A stretch of 47,597 bases of DNA, from positions 1-47,597 of the IMG/VR virus record IMGVR_UViG_3300016662_000096. One strand, given 5' to 3'. Below, one piece after another: positions 28,272 through 37,904 of this stretch; the stretch's first letter is position 1, and every line of letters starts with the position of its first letter. The notes under the pieces are model-generated. The model ran no database searches and was not told where the DNA came from. It saw only the letters and a program-made list of their open reading frames with translations. A program made the position numbers and the translations under genes. Origin of the DNA: a virus. Lineage: Duplodnaviria; Caudoviricetes.

Positions 28272-29285
28272 TCAATAATTCATAAGCGTTAATTTAAATT
28301 CGCCATCTAAATATTCATTGCCTTTTTTCTCTAAACAAATAATTTTATCTTTTTGCATATGTGAATACATCAGGATTTTATCATCTTTAACGCACCACAA
28401 ACCAACCGTCTCATTTCGCTTGCCAGAAAAATTACAAACACAATTGTCAGCAAAAAACTTCACTAATTTTTTCTCGCCTTCAAATCCTAAAAAAAATACT
28501 TTATTGAGTACGCTTTCATCTGTCTCCTTGGTGAATACATCAAACCACTCAAGCATTCTTGGAGTATTGTCTCGACTGATATGATGTATGTGATTTAGAA
28601 AACCACCGAAAACACTAAAATTGTATATGTCAGGATCGTGAATCAAAAATTTTGTATGCAAAGAATATATTTTACACATTCTTAAAGCATGGCAAAAAGC
28701 CTGATCCCCGTAACCTTCCGCAAATTCTTGCCGCATTTCAAGATAACGCTTGCATAAAGGATTGCTGGCAAATTTTTGTATCGCTGTATTACTCGTAACC
28801 GAAACCTCAACCTCATGACCGGGATTGTCCCCATGACGATACCAATCCGCAAATCCTAACAAACCCAATAAGTTCTTGTCTAAATCACATGGATCATAAT
28901 GAACATGACCAGCAAGATGGTAATCCCGCAAATGGTCGTATCTAGCCTCCAAAATTTTAGCAAGACCATCGATATCAGTCATGCTGTCTTCATCAAGTCT
29001 GATATACCAATCTGCTCTATCTGGCTCAATTACTGATGAATAATAGTAAAAAACTCGCTGCGCCACATGATGATATGGAGTTCTCACAAAAATTGGCTCA
29101 ACACCATCTGGCCAACCATCACATAAATCGCTTTTTTCATTATCTTTTGATGCCAATAAATACAATTTTATTCTGTGGTCTTTAATATTCTGAAAACCAT
29201 ATTTTTTAAAATCGGCTATTCTAGTTTTAATTGTTTCGTTTTTGTTTTCAATCGGAACATTTATTTCAAATGTAGTCATCGGCAC
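28272..29285 (-). CDS. GT-A fold glycosyltransferase (GT31/Fringe-like)
   Basis: ADWYIRLDEDS (DxD), GYGDQAF. Confidence 0.6.
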   Translation of the reverse strand: MPMTTFEINVPIENKNETIKTRIADFKKYGFQNIKDHRIKLYLLASKDNEKSDLCDGWPDGVEPIFVRTPYHHVAQRVFYYYSSVIEPDRADWYIRLDEDSMTDIDGLAKILEARYDHLRDYHLAGHVHYDPCDLDKNLLGLLGFADWYRHGDNPGHEVEVSVTSNTAIQKFASNPLCKRYLEMRQEFAEGYGDQAFCHALRMCKIYSLHTKFLIHDPDIYNFSVFGGFLNHIHHISRDNTPRMLEWFDVFTKETDESVLNKVFFLGFEGEKKLVKFFADNCVCNFSGKRNETVGLWCVKDDKILMYSHMQKDKIICLEKKGNEYLDGEFKLTLMNY

Positions 29286-29385
29286 ACCTCACACAAATAA
29301 ATTAGTATTATTTCTTTAAATGAATCAGTATAATTTAGCTACATAATTTTATGAAATTTAAAGAATGGCTGACAAACGAAGCACT

Positions 29386-30258
29386 TCAAGGACAAAATTG
29401 ACCCAAGCTACGCACATTATTTAAGTTAGGTCGCCCTAACCATTTAATTGGATGCTTGTAATTTCTACTACTAAAATATCTTTGCCAATATTTTGCCCAA
29501 CTCCCAGCTTCTGTATGGAAAATTCTAGGCAAGACACGACCACGCAAAATTCTCGTTTGCACTTCGTTTTCGTCAAAGTATTTGTAATTTAAATTATTAT
29601 CCACAACCCACAAGGAAAATGCCATCTCCTCACGACCAAATTTGACTTGCATCTCTGGATTATGGTTCCTTTCAAATTCCGCCATTATTGCCCCAAGATA
29701 ATTCCTTTCATGCTTTATCTCAACACAATAGTCATGTACGACTTTTCCATATTCCTGTAACAATTTTCCACGAAACAAAACCACGCCACTATTAAATTGA
29801 TAAAAATCCATCTGCCTCATAGGTAACTTCAATCCAGCCCAACTCCATGCAGATTTATCTGCCACAATGTCATAATTAGCACAATAATTGAAAAATTCAT
29901 GAATTGATCCAAAGAAAAAAGTGTCTGAATCAACGAGTAATATATCCTCGCCATTTACTTGCACAAAAGCTCCACGGAGCGATGAATGGAAACCCGTCTC
30001 TTCACCGTTGTCATATTTAACTTCACAAACTTTTACATTGAGTGATTCACAGACATTCACAAAATTATCCTGCGTCACATGACCCAAATTCCAATCCCTG
30101 TGTGCATACCAATTCACATCTCTGCTATTGATGCCTGAATCTTTTACCAACAAAATCTCAACCGGTATATCTTGATTATATTTTTGAAATGTATGGATAC
30201 TGAATAAGGTCATCCGCTTGTAAAACAATGAATCATTTAAAATATATAAAACTTTCAA
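29386..30258 (-). CDS. GT-A fold glycosyltransferase (GT8-like)
   Basis: LLVDSDTFF, FNSGVVLF, EEMAFSL. TTG start. Confidence 0.7.
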   Translation of the reverse strand: MKVLYILNDSLFYKRMTLFSIHTFQKYNQDIPVEILLVKDSGINSRDVNWYAHRDWNLGHVTQDNFVNVCESLNVKVCEVKYDNGEETGFHSSLRGAFVQVNGEDILLVDSDTFFFGSIHEFFNYCANYDIVADKSAWSWAGLKLPMRQMDFYQFNSGVVLFRGKLLQEYGKVVHDYCVEIKHERNYLGAIMAEFERNHNPEMQVKFGREEMAFSLWVVDNNLNYKYFDENEVQTRILRGRVLPRIFHTEAGSWAKYWQRYFSSRNYKHPIKWLGRPNLNNVRSLGQFCP

Positions 30259-30337
30259 GCCTACAGTATCCTTAACTAAATAAATTATGCCACTTTGTCA
30301 TTATAGAAAACTTGTTGAACAAATGTGTGAGATCGAT

Positions 30338-30473
30338 CTAAATAAATTCAACTATCAATTTACAAAAACCCCGTCTTTCATCCTTATATTCATTATTTCT
30401 TTTGAATGAAACATCTACATATGGACCATAAATCATCATCTCTACGCTCTAAAAATGAAATGAAATTATACAT
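30338..30473 (-). pseudogene. Internally deleted, frameshifted copy of the MYNFISFLERRD family
   Basis: MYNFISFLERRDDDLW (about 48 bp identical to 32408-32455), joined out of frame to VSFKRNNEYKDERRGF. Confidence 0.75.
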
Positions 30474-30601
30474 GAAATTTTCCTAAGTATCTGCGTTATA
30501 TGCCTGTTCCGCTTCTGTGAATTGAGCATATTCCCATCGAAATAGTTTAAGGTTGTTCAATGGTATATTTGTACTTATACCATTTCTAAATTGGTTATGA
30601 T

Positions 30602-31264
30602 CTACCACACTAGTATATCAACAACACTGGCTACAGGCCCAGATTTCGACCTGATTTTTGCTAAAATCTTCTTTTTTTCACTTGGATTTGATGCATTAGT
30701 CAATCCTTGCGGAATTTCGGGATATCCTTGCTTTTGGACATAATCTTTATCATAAATGTCTCTTCTGATCCACAGGTTCATTTTAGTCGAAACATATAAA
30801 TCTGGGAACAAACTTTTTAATGCCATTATTTCATAAGCATCTCTTCTTCCTTCTGGATTTGTTATTTTTCCTGTAACAGGATTTGCAACCTGTGTTTTAA
30901 TCGGAAGCCAAGCAAGAGAAGAAGGATTTTTATTTTTGATAAATTCCATTATAGCATACTGAACACCTATAAATACTTCATTCCCCAAACCTCGTCTTTC
31001 ATCCATATATTTTTCGCTTCCGCTTCTTCTATTGAATGAAATTTTTGTTTCAGGAAATCCTAAAAAATCTACAATGTAGCAATTAGCCAAACCACAGTCA
31101 TCACCTTCAACATTAAAAGCATATGTAGTGTCATTTTCCCAATGACCATCCTTTGGCTTCCTTGTCTCAAGTTCAGTCATATTCATCTCGCTCATGGTTT
31201 CATAATGACGAAACCATAAATCACTATCTCTACGCTCTAAAAATGAAATGAAATTATACATCAT
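30602..31264 (-). CDS. MYNFISFLERRD family paralog, probably C-terminally truncated
   Basis: Strong similarity to 31268..32455 and 33471..34907. An open shifted frame continues to about 30485. Confidence 0.75.
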   Translation of the reverse strand: MMYNFISFLERRDSDLWFRHYETMSEMNMTELETRKPKDGHWENDTTYAFNVEGDDCGLANCYIVDFLGFPETKISFNRRSGSEKYMDERRGLGNEVFIGVQYAIMEFIKNKNPSSLAWLPIKTQVANPVTGKITNPEGRRDAYEIMALKSLFPDLYVSTKMNLWIRRDIYDKDYVQKQGYPEIPQGLTNASNPSEKKKILAKIRSKSGPVASVVDILVW

Positions 31265-31267
31265 AAT

Positions 31268-32455
31268 CTACCTTTTAAATGGTAAAAATGTTGAAGAACT
31301 TTGATTCTTAGTTAAATCTTTGAGATGGAAAAACATATTCATTATTGCCCTGCCACTAGAATCAACCAATGAAACTTCAGCATAAGTAGCTTTTCTTTTA
31401 TCTTCTTGTTGAGAATTCTGATCAGCAAAAGGACTTCTAATTGGCCCTCTACCCTTAGCTAAAAAACTTTTTATTTTCAAGGTATTTGTATTGTATTCCT
31501 GCATCGCCGCTTGTAATTGATTCAAAGAATTGGGCTCATAGTAAATTTCTCTTCCATATGAACGATTCACAGTTTCAGGTGTCAAGTTAGTATAAACAAT
31601 ATCGCCAACTTTAAACTCGCCAGCTCTCATCAGACCGAAAATTTTACTAATATTTTGGTTACTAATTTTAATTTCTCTTCGTGTATCCATATGACGATGA
31701 AAACTAACACGCTGTCTCAATCTTTCTTCTTCTTCTAGTTGTCTTAACCACATTTGTCGATCTTCTTCTCTTTGCCTTTCTTGTTCTTGCTCATGCGCTC
31801 TATGTTGATTTGAAAATGCTTCTTCCGAATTTTGTGGAGATTTTTCGTTTACATCTCGAATAGTTTGTAAAAATTTCTTTTTTTCTAAAGGACTAGACTC
31901 CGTTGTCAAATTTTCTGGAATACTAGGGAAACCTTTCGCAACATATTGTTTATCATAAATGTCTTTTCTTATCCACTCATTCATTTTTACTGAAACATAT
32001 AAAGGAAACAAACTTTTTATTGCAAAAATTTCATACGCACTTTTGCGACCTTCAGGATTTGTCACCTTACCAGTTACAGGGTTTACTGCCCTTGTGATTA
32101 TCGGTTGCCAAGTAAGATAGGAAGGATTTTTATTTCTGATAAATTCCATTATAGCATACTGAACGCCATTAAACACTTCATTCCCAAAACCAAGTCTTTC
32201 ATCTTTGTAATTTGAGGCTCTTTTAAAGGAAATAGTTGTTTTTAAACTATCGCCACCAAAAAAAACATCATAGCAAAATTTATTTCCACAGTCATCACCC
32301 TCAATATTAAATTGATATTGAGAAGGAGATAACCAATGACCATCCTTTGGTTTCCTTGCCTCAAGTTCAGCCAAACTCATTTCACTTATCGTTTCATAAT
32401 GACGAAACCATAAATCATCATCTCTACGCTCTAAAAATGAAATGAAATTATACAT
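31268..32455 (-). CDS. MYNFISFLERRD family paralog
   Basis: Conserved N-terminal about 200 aa, coiled-coil linker, variable C-terminus. Confidence 0.8.
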   Translation of the reverse strand: MYNFISFLERRDDDLWFRHYETISEMSLAELEARKPKDGHWLSPSQYQFNIEGDDCGNKFCYDVFFGGDSLKTTISFKRASNYKDERLGFGNEVFNGVQYAIMEFIRNKNPSYLTWQPIITRAVNPVTGKVTNPEGRKSAYEIFAIKSLFPLYVSVKMNEWIRKDIYDKQYVAKGFPSIPENLTTESSPLEKKKFLQTIRDVNEKSPQNSEEAFSNQHRAHEQEQERQREEDRQMWLRQLEEEERLRQRVSFHRHMDTRREIKISNQNISKIFGLMRAGEFKVGDIVYTNLTPETVNRSYGREIYYEPNSLNQLQAAMQEYNTNTLKIKSFLAKGRGPIRSPFADQNSQQEDKRKATYAEVSLVDSSGRAIMNMFFHLKDLTKNQSSSTFLPFKR

Positions 32456-32467
32456 AAAATTTTCCTT

Positions 32468-32995
32468 TTAAATATGTATCACCTTTTTACTCAAAACATC
32501 ATGTACAACAGCCATTTCAATCAAATGCCCCTTCAACTCACGACACAAACTTATAAAACCATCAATGTGATCAACACGATCTTCCCAAATTTCCAAAACA
32601 GAATAATCACCACGACCTAACATTTCCTTTATCCTCTCAGTTTTCATCACAAATGTATTCACACCAGACTCGCCAAAATATATCTCATCAAAACTCATTC
32701 CACCAACCTTTAATAACTCCATGATTCTTTCCTTGAATACACCCAACCTTCCCGTCATCAAGACCAAATAACCATCATCATTCTTCTGTGCAGAAACCAC
32801 ATCACTAAAATACCACTCAGACCCCGGCACCAATGGAACCAAAGGCGGCATCAATGACTCCAAACATCCCCACCAACCACGATAAGGCCACAATAAACCA
32901 GTTTTTTCCTTGTATAAACGCTTACCCTCTACTTCGTCCAAAGAACGGAACAAAGTACCATCAAAATCATATATCACAAGTTTTTTTGACATCAC
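32468..32995 (-). CDS. HAD phosphatase (Swiss-Army-knife RNA-repair-like HAD)
   Basis: YDFDGTLF, WWG, MTGR, WEDR..H. Confidence 0.75.
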   Translation of the reverse strand: MMSKKLVIYDFDGTLFRSLDEVEGKRLYKEKTGLLWPYRGWWGCLESLMPPLVPLVPGSEWYFSDVVSAQKNDDGYLVLMTGRLGVFKERIMELLKVGGMSFDEIYFGESGVNTFVMKTERIKEMLGRGDYSVLEIWEDRVDHIDGFISLCRELKGHLIEMAVVHDVLSKKVIHI

Positions 32996-33429
32996 AAATT
33001 ATATTTTTCAATCAACGAAGGATAATCCACTAAAACTTCCGCAGGAACCTTCACCCCACGCATCAATGCATCCTCAACTATCGCCTCATGTAAAGGTTGA
33101 TAATCATACTGCGGAATAACCCTCACCCGTGGAACCCAACCTTCCTTGATTTTCATGCCATTCCTGCTTGAAAAAACCGCATCAGGAGGCACAACATAAA
33201 CCGCTCTACCCTTTTTCGTGCCATATTGACGATCCATCACATCCATCGGCGGACCCTTAGTCGCCAACACAACATTTGGGCCAATTCCTAACTTAAAACC
33301 ACCCTCCACATCACCACGAAATATGTTGTGCTGGTAAAATCCAACCCTGTCAAACTCACGACGAGTCATCTTCCAATACTCATCACCATATGACTCAGAA
33401 AAAATTAAATATTTTTTAAATGTTTCCAT
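32992..33429 (-). CDS. Hypothetical protein with capsid-targeting-like leader
   Basis: METFKKYLIFSE; C-terminal HEAIVEDALMRGVKVPAEVLVDYP. Confidence 0.7.
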   Translation of the reverse strand: METFKKYLIFSESYGDEYWKMTRREFDRVGFYQHNIFRGDVEGGFKLGIGPNVVLATKGPPMDVMDRQYGTKKGRAVYVVPPDAVFSSRNGMKIKEGWVPRVRVIPQYDYQPLHEAIVEDALMRGVKVPAEVLVDYPSLIEKYNL

Positions 33430-33470
33430 AATAAATTATTTAGTATTTCTTCCAGCCATTAGGATTACCC

Positions 33471-34907
33471 ATGTACGACTTTATCTCATATCTGAGCAAA
33501 AGAGATAGTGATCTTTGGTTAAGTCACTATGAAACCATAAGCGAAATGAGTGCCACAGAAGTTGAGGCCAGAAAACCAAAAGACGGAGAATGGCTAGATC
33601 AGAATCACTATGGATTCAATGTTGAAGGTGATGACTGCGAATCATCCTCTGATAAATACTGTTATATTGTTAGTATATTCAGTGGAGATATTTCTTTTAA
33701 AAGAAATAATTCTTATAACGATGTCCGTGGCGGGTTTGGAGACAAAGTTTTTGATGGCGTCCGGTATGCTATTTTGGAATATATTAAAAAAAATAATCCA
33801 GAAAAACTTAGTTGGATTCCAATCCCTAACACAACACCGAATCCTGTCACAGGTATAATCGATTTTGAAGCAAGAAAATCAGCATACGAAATTTTTGCAA
33901 TAAAAAGTCTTTTCCCTGATTTTTATGTCTCAACAAAAGTAAATAATTGGATGCGTCGTGATCTTTATGATAAATTAGTCGCAGAAAAAGGATACCCGGC
34001 TATCCCAACCACTTTGACAAATCAAAGCAAATCAATTCAAAAGAAAAAAATGTTACAGGAAATTCGGGAATTCAATAGTAAAAACTTTTCAATATCAGGT
34101 ATTTCTTCGCAAAATAACGATAGTAATTATCGCAATCCACTCCATCCACCCGATCCGCTACAATCAATAATTGATAATAATTATTTAACACCTGCCACAT
34201 ACTCTGACACTTTTAACGGTCTTCATGTAAACGATTTTGTAACCATCAAAGTTCATTCTCACAGACCCGATGCTTCTTTGATATCGAATCGGATGATTTA
34301 TCGTGACAATAATAGTCTGCAAAATCTAGAAAACTTGATACATAATAGTTGGACAGATAAAATGATCATAAAAAAGTTTTATATTGATGATAGTGGGCAA
34401 ATTTTTGTGAGAGTTCAATTGGTCACTCCTGCGCTGCATTACACAAGCAATTCAAATCAATTTATTTTAAATATTAACCATATAGAACCTTATACTGAAG
34501 AACATGAAAATAGATACAATCCTGATAATCAATTAAATATTATATTTCAAAGTGAATTGTATAATCCCCATCATTATAAAGTTGGCGATTATGTTTTGCA
34601 TAAAGAAGGTGCTATTGGCAAAATTACCAGCATAGGACTGAGCGATGAAAACAATTTACACGGCGGTGTAGTAGCTGATGTCGCTTGGGATGTCAATAAA
34701 TCTTTACGCAAATATTATTCTATGCAATATGTCAGTAATGAAAATTCTTTCAATCTAAAAAATAGAGATTTTGAGCCAGCTACACAAGAAAACATATCTT
34801 ATATGATGCAAAGATTCAACACAACAAGTCAACCCCAACAAATGGGAAGAAGAATCACATCTACAAACCCAAATATTCCAAATACTATCGATTATTCTGA
34901 TGAATGA
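33471..34907 (+). CDS. MYNFISFLERRD family paralog (inverted copy)
   Basis: MYDFISYLSKRDSDLW...RKPKDG...NPVTG...RKSAYEIFAIKSLFP. Confidence 0.8.
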   Translation: MYDFISYLSKRDSDLWLSHYETISEMSATEVEARKPKDGEWLDQNHYGFNVEGDDCESSSDKYCYIVSIFSGDISFKRNNSYNDVRGGFGDKVFDGVRYAILEYIKKNNPEKLSWIPIPNTTPNPVTGIIDFEARKSAYEIFAIKSLFPDFYVSTKVNNWMRRDLYDKLVAEKGYPAIPTTLTNQSKSIQKKKMLQEIREFNSKNFSISGISSQNNDSNYRNPLHPPDPLQSIIDNNYLTPATYSDTFNGLHVNDFVTIKVHSHRPDASLISNRMIYRDNNSLQNLENLIHNSWTDKMIIKKFYIDDSGQIFVRVQLVTPALHYTSNSNQFILNINHIEPYTEEHENRYNPDNQLNIIFQSELYNPHHYKVGDYVLHKEGAIGKITSIGLSDENNLHGGVVADVAWDVNKSLRKYYSMQYVSNENSFNLKNRDFEPATQENISYMMQRFNTTSQPQQMGRRITSTNPNIPNTIDYSDE

Positions 34908-34962
34908 ACCAAAATAACACAAAATTTTACTACATAATTCATTAGTCCATTAAAGGAAAACC

Positions 34963-35568
34963 ATGAAAAAATATCAAACACTCTACCTCGCAGGTATCAT
35001 TTCTGAAGATGTCTATTATGAAGCATTAGAACTTGACCAAAATGGTCTTCTTAACGAAGGCTGGTACGATAACATCAAAAAAGGCGTATTGGGAACAGCA
35101 GCCGCTTTAGCCCTAGCAACAGGAGGAGGAGGAGTAAGGGCTCAGGACTCAAGATCACAAGTCGATGCCATTACAGGTCAAATTGATACCCAAGAAAAAA
35201 ATCAACAATACTATGAAGAATTAGCAAACAATCTTATAAATGATCATCTATCGACTGCATTGAGAAAATCAAAATTGTCATTTGACGAATTGAAAAATAT
35301 TTTAAAGAATTTTAATTTTTCAGTAAAATTATTGAAAGCAAAAAATCAATATTATAAAAATCAATATCTTAGAGATGATTACGAATTTGCAAAAAAGAAA
35401 CTTTTAAACGATGATTTGGTAAAACTAATACTACAAGCACACCCAAATTTACAGAATGTCATCGAAAAAGGTGGCGTGGATTGGCAAGACACTACATTAC
35501 CCAACTTGAAATATGATTATGACAGCCGCATGGAACTTGGAAGGACTTCACAAGCATTCCCAAATTAA
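34963..35568 (+). CDS. Hypothetical protein with leader and internal signal-peptide-like segment
   Basis: MKKYQTLYLAGIISED...LLNE-GWYDNIKKGVLGTAAALALATGGGGVRA-Q. Confidence 0.7.
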   Translation: MKKYQTLYLAGIISEDVYYEALELDQNGLLNEGWYDNIKKGVLGTAAALALATGGGGVRAQDSRSQVDAITGQIDTQEKNQQYYEELANNLINDHLSTALRKSKLSFDELKNILKNFNFSVKLLKAKNQYYKNQYLRDDYEFAKKKLLNDDLVKLILQAHPNLQNVIEKGGVDWQDTTLPNLKYDYDSRMELGRTSQAFPN

Positions 35569-35582
35569 ATTAAAAGGAAATT

Positions 35583-36188
35583 ATGAAAAAATATCAATCT
35601 CTCTTCCTCGCAGGTGTCATCTCTGAAGATGTCTTCTACCAACTACAAGACCTTGATAATAACGGTCAACTCAACGAAGGTACTCTCAGAAATATCGTCG
35701 GTGCTGGCGCTATGGCCCTAGGCTCACTTTTTGGCCAAGGTGGAGTTCAAGCTCAAAGTCCCGCCACACAACCAGCAGCCGTTGCCAAATTCGATACAGC
35801 ACAATTTGCAGACTCAGATTCCTACTCTGATCCCGTTACCTATATCAAAGACGCTATCCGTACCCTTAGATCAGGACCACACATCTACAAGTACGGTAGA
35901 GGTGAAGACATCAAAGGCGGCACAATGGAAATAGACAACATTAAACCCGTTGGCCAAACTCAAGATGGCAAATACATCGTCACAGTAACAGGAAAAGCAA
36001 GAGGATCACAAAGCGCACTAGTCAATAAAACTTTGTCAGCTATGGAAGACCTTATGGGAAGACATAAAGGCATTTCTCTTAACTACAAGGCAAATGATGG
36101 TAAATACCTCGGACAAGTTCCAGCCGATGTATTTTCACCCGGTCCCGATCTATACCCATTCTCAGTCACCATCACAATCGGAAAATAA
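35583..36188 (+). CDS. Hypothetical protein with leader and internal signal-peptide-like segment
   Basis: MKKYQSLFLAGVISED...QLNE-GTLRNIVGAGAMALGSLFGQGGVQA-Q. Confidence 0.7.
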   Translation: MKKYQSLFLAGVISEDVFYQLQDLDNNGQLNEGTLRNIVGAGAMALGSLFGQGGVQAQSPATQPAAVAKFDTAQFADSDSYSDPVTYIKDAIRTLRSGPHIYKYGRGEDIKGGTMEIDNIKPVGQTQDGKYIVTVTGKARGSQSALVNKTLSAMEDLMGRHKGISLNYKANDGKYLGQVPADVFSPGPDLYPFSVTITIGK

Positions 36189-36196
36189 CTTAACAA

Positions 36197-36235
36197 AATA
36201 AAAAACCGTCACAAATCCGTGACGGTTTTTTTATT
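36197..36235. terminator. Bidirectional intrinsic terminator
   Basis: AATAAAAAACCGTCAC-AAATCC-GTGACGGTTTTTTTATT between convergent genes. Confidence 0.85.
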
Positions 36236-36254
36236 AACAGCATTATCCGCATGA

Positions 36255-36590
36255 TCAAAACTCAGGAACACGCCTGCGAGGTCCAATATTCTTAGGCAAT
36301 GATTCAGGATTCAACTCGGAAATTGACATCTTATGAATCTTTCCATCCTCATCCTTTAACTTTAACATGGTCTGATAGTCAATCGTCGCATCATTGTAAT
36401 CATCATACTGATAATCAACATCCAATACAGTCGCATATCGCAAACCAGCACTCACTAAAGCATCTGGATAATAGGAAACCGTATCCCCCGGCTGCAAAAA
36501 ATCATCCCTCTTACGCATACCAGCTACATTTACTCCACTCTCCACTATGCCACTATTTTTTTCCGAAAGCCAATTACTAAATTTTTTCAT
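36255..36590 (-). CDS. Hypothetical SH3-like protein with capsid-targeting-like leader
   Basis: MKKFSNWLSE, LQPGDTVSY. GGAGG RBS. Confidence 0.65.
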   Translation of the reverse strand: MKKFSNWLSEKNSGIVESGVNVAGMRKRDDFLQPGDTVSYYPDALVSAGLRYATVLDVDYQYDDYNDATIDYQTMLKLKDEDGKIHKMSISELNPESLPKNIGPRRRVPEF

Positions 36591-36653
36591 CAGACCCTCC
36601 TAATTTTATCTATAACCAAACTTTTTTAAAAATACCCAAGAGTTAAACCAAAA

Positions 36654-37904
36654 ATGAAAAAAAATTTAACCTGCATCGACCTCTTCTCCGGTTGCGGAGG
36701 TCTTTCACTAGGACTAGAAGAAGCAGGATTCACACCATTACTGTTCAGCGAACTAAGCCCTCACGCAGCAGAAACATATATCGCCAACCGACAAAACAAA
36801 GAAATCATCCCAATCGGAGACATCTATAACCTCACAGACCTAAACCTCAATCTAATCAAAACCTACTGGCATCACAAAGGAATCAATGACATCGACCTCG
36901 TCTGCGGAGGACCACCATGCCAAGGTTACTCTGGCATAGGTCACCGCCGTACATTCAAACTCGACAAAAAAGACATCCCCTCAAATCACCTCTTCCAAGA
37001 AATGGCCAGAGTCATACGATCCATACAACCAAAATTATTCCTCTTCGAAAATGTAAGAGGACTATTAAATGCAAAATGGGACAAAAACGGACAAAACGGC
37101 GAAATCTTCAAAGCCGTATTCCATGAATTCCAGTCTATTAACAATTATCACATCCAATGGGACTTACTTCACGCAAAAGACTACGGAGTACCACAAAATC
37201 GACCAAGAGTTATTATCGTCGGCATCAGAAACGATGTCATACCACCCAAACTCAAAAATCAACCACCAGCCTCTCCCAATCAACCATCAGCAGTTCAAGC
37301 AGGTTTCCTCCCTCAACCATCAGGAAAACCACCATCACTCGTCGATCTACTCTCCGACCTAGAAGACCCCCAATTCCTTAACCTCTCTGCCACCACCCAC
37401 TATGTCAATGACCCCATCACAAATATTCAACAATACCTCAGAACCAATAGAAATGGCACCATCCTATCCAAAGGCGACATTCTCACAGAACAAGAATACT
37501 CATCCCACGCCGATTACATCCGACAAAAATTCATGCACATGATCCAAAACAACGGCGAAATACCCGCCCAATTCCAAACCAAAAAATTCGTCCAAAGAGT
37601 ATTCCCCAAAACTTGGGACCACAAAGGACCATCCATCACAGTCACCTCCCTGCCTGATGACTATGTCCACTACTCCCAACCAAGAAGCCCAACCGTCCGT
37701 GAATGGGCTAGAATACAAACATTCCCAGATTGGTACGAATTCAAAGGACCAAGAACCACAGGTGGAAGAAAAAGGGCTGGCGACCCAAGCCTAGGCATCT
37801 GGGATAGAGATGTCCCTAAATATACCCAAATCGGTAACGCAGTCCCCGTCATGCTTGCACATAAAATAGGCAAACATCTTAAAGAAATTCTAAACCATAA
37901 CTAA
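36654..37904 (+). CDS. dcm: DNA (cytosine-5) methyltransferase
   Basis: DLFSGCGG, GGPPCQGYS, FENV, YGVPQNRPR, TVREWARIQTFPD, QIGNAVP. Confidence 0.95.
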   Translation: MKKNLTCIDLFSGCGGLSLGLEEAGFTPLLFSELSPHAAETYIANRQNKEIIPIGDIYNLTDLNLNLIKTYWHHKGINDIDLVCGGPPCQGYSGIGHRRTFKLDKKDIPSNHLFQEMARVIRSIQPKLFLFENVRGLLNAKWDKNGQNGEIFKAVFHEFQSINNYHIQWDLLHAKDYGVPQNRPRVIIVGIRNDVIPPKLKNQPPASPNQPSAVQAGFLPQPSGKPPSLVDLLSDLEDPQFLNLSATTHYVNDPITNIQQYLRTNRNGTILSKGDILTEQEYSSHADYIRQKFMHMIQNNGEIPAQFQTKKFVQRVFPKTWDHKGPSITVTSLPDDYVHYSQPRSPTVREWARIQTFPDWYEFKGPRTTGGRKRAGDPSLGIWDRDVPKYTQIGNAVPVMLAHKIGKHLKEILNHN

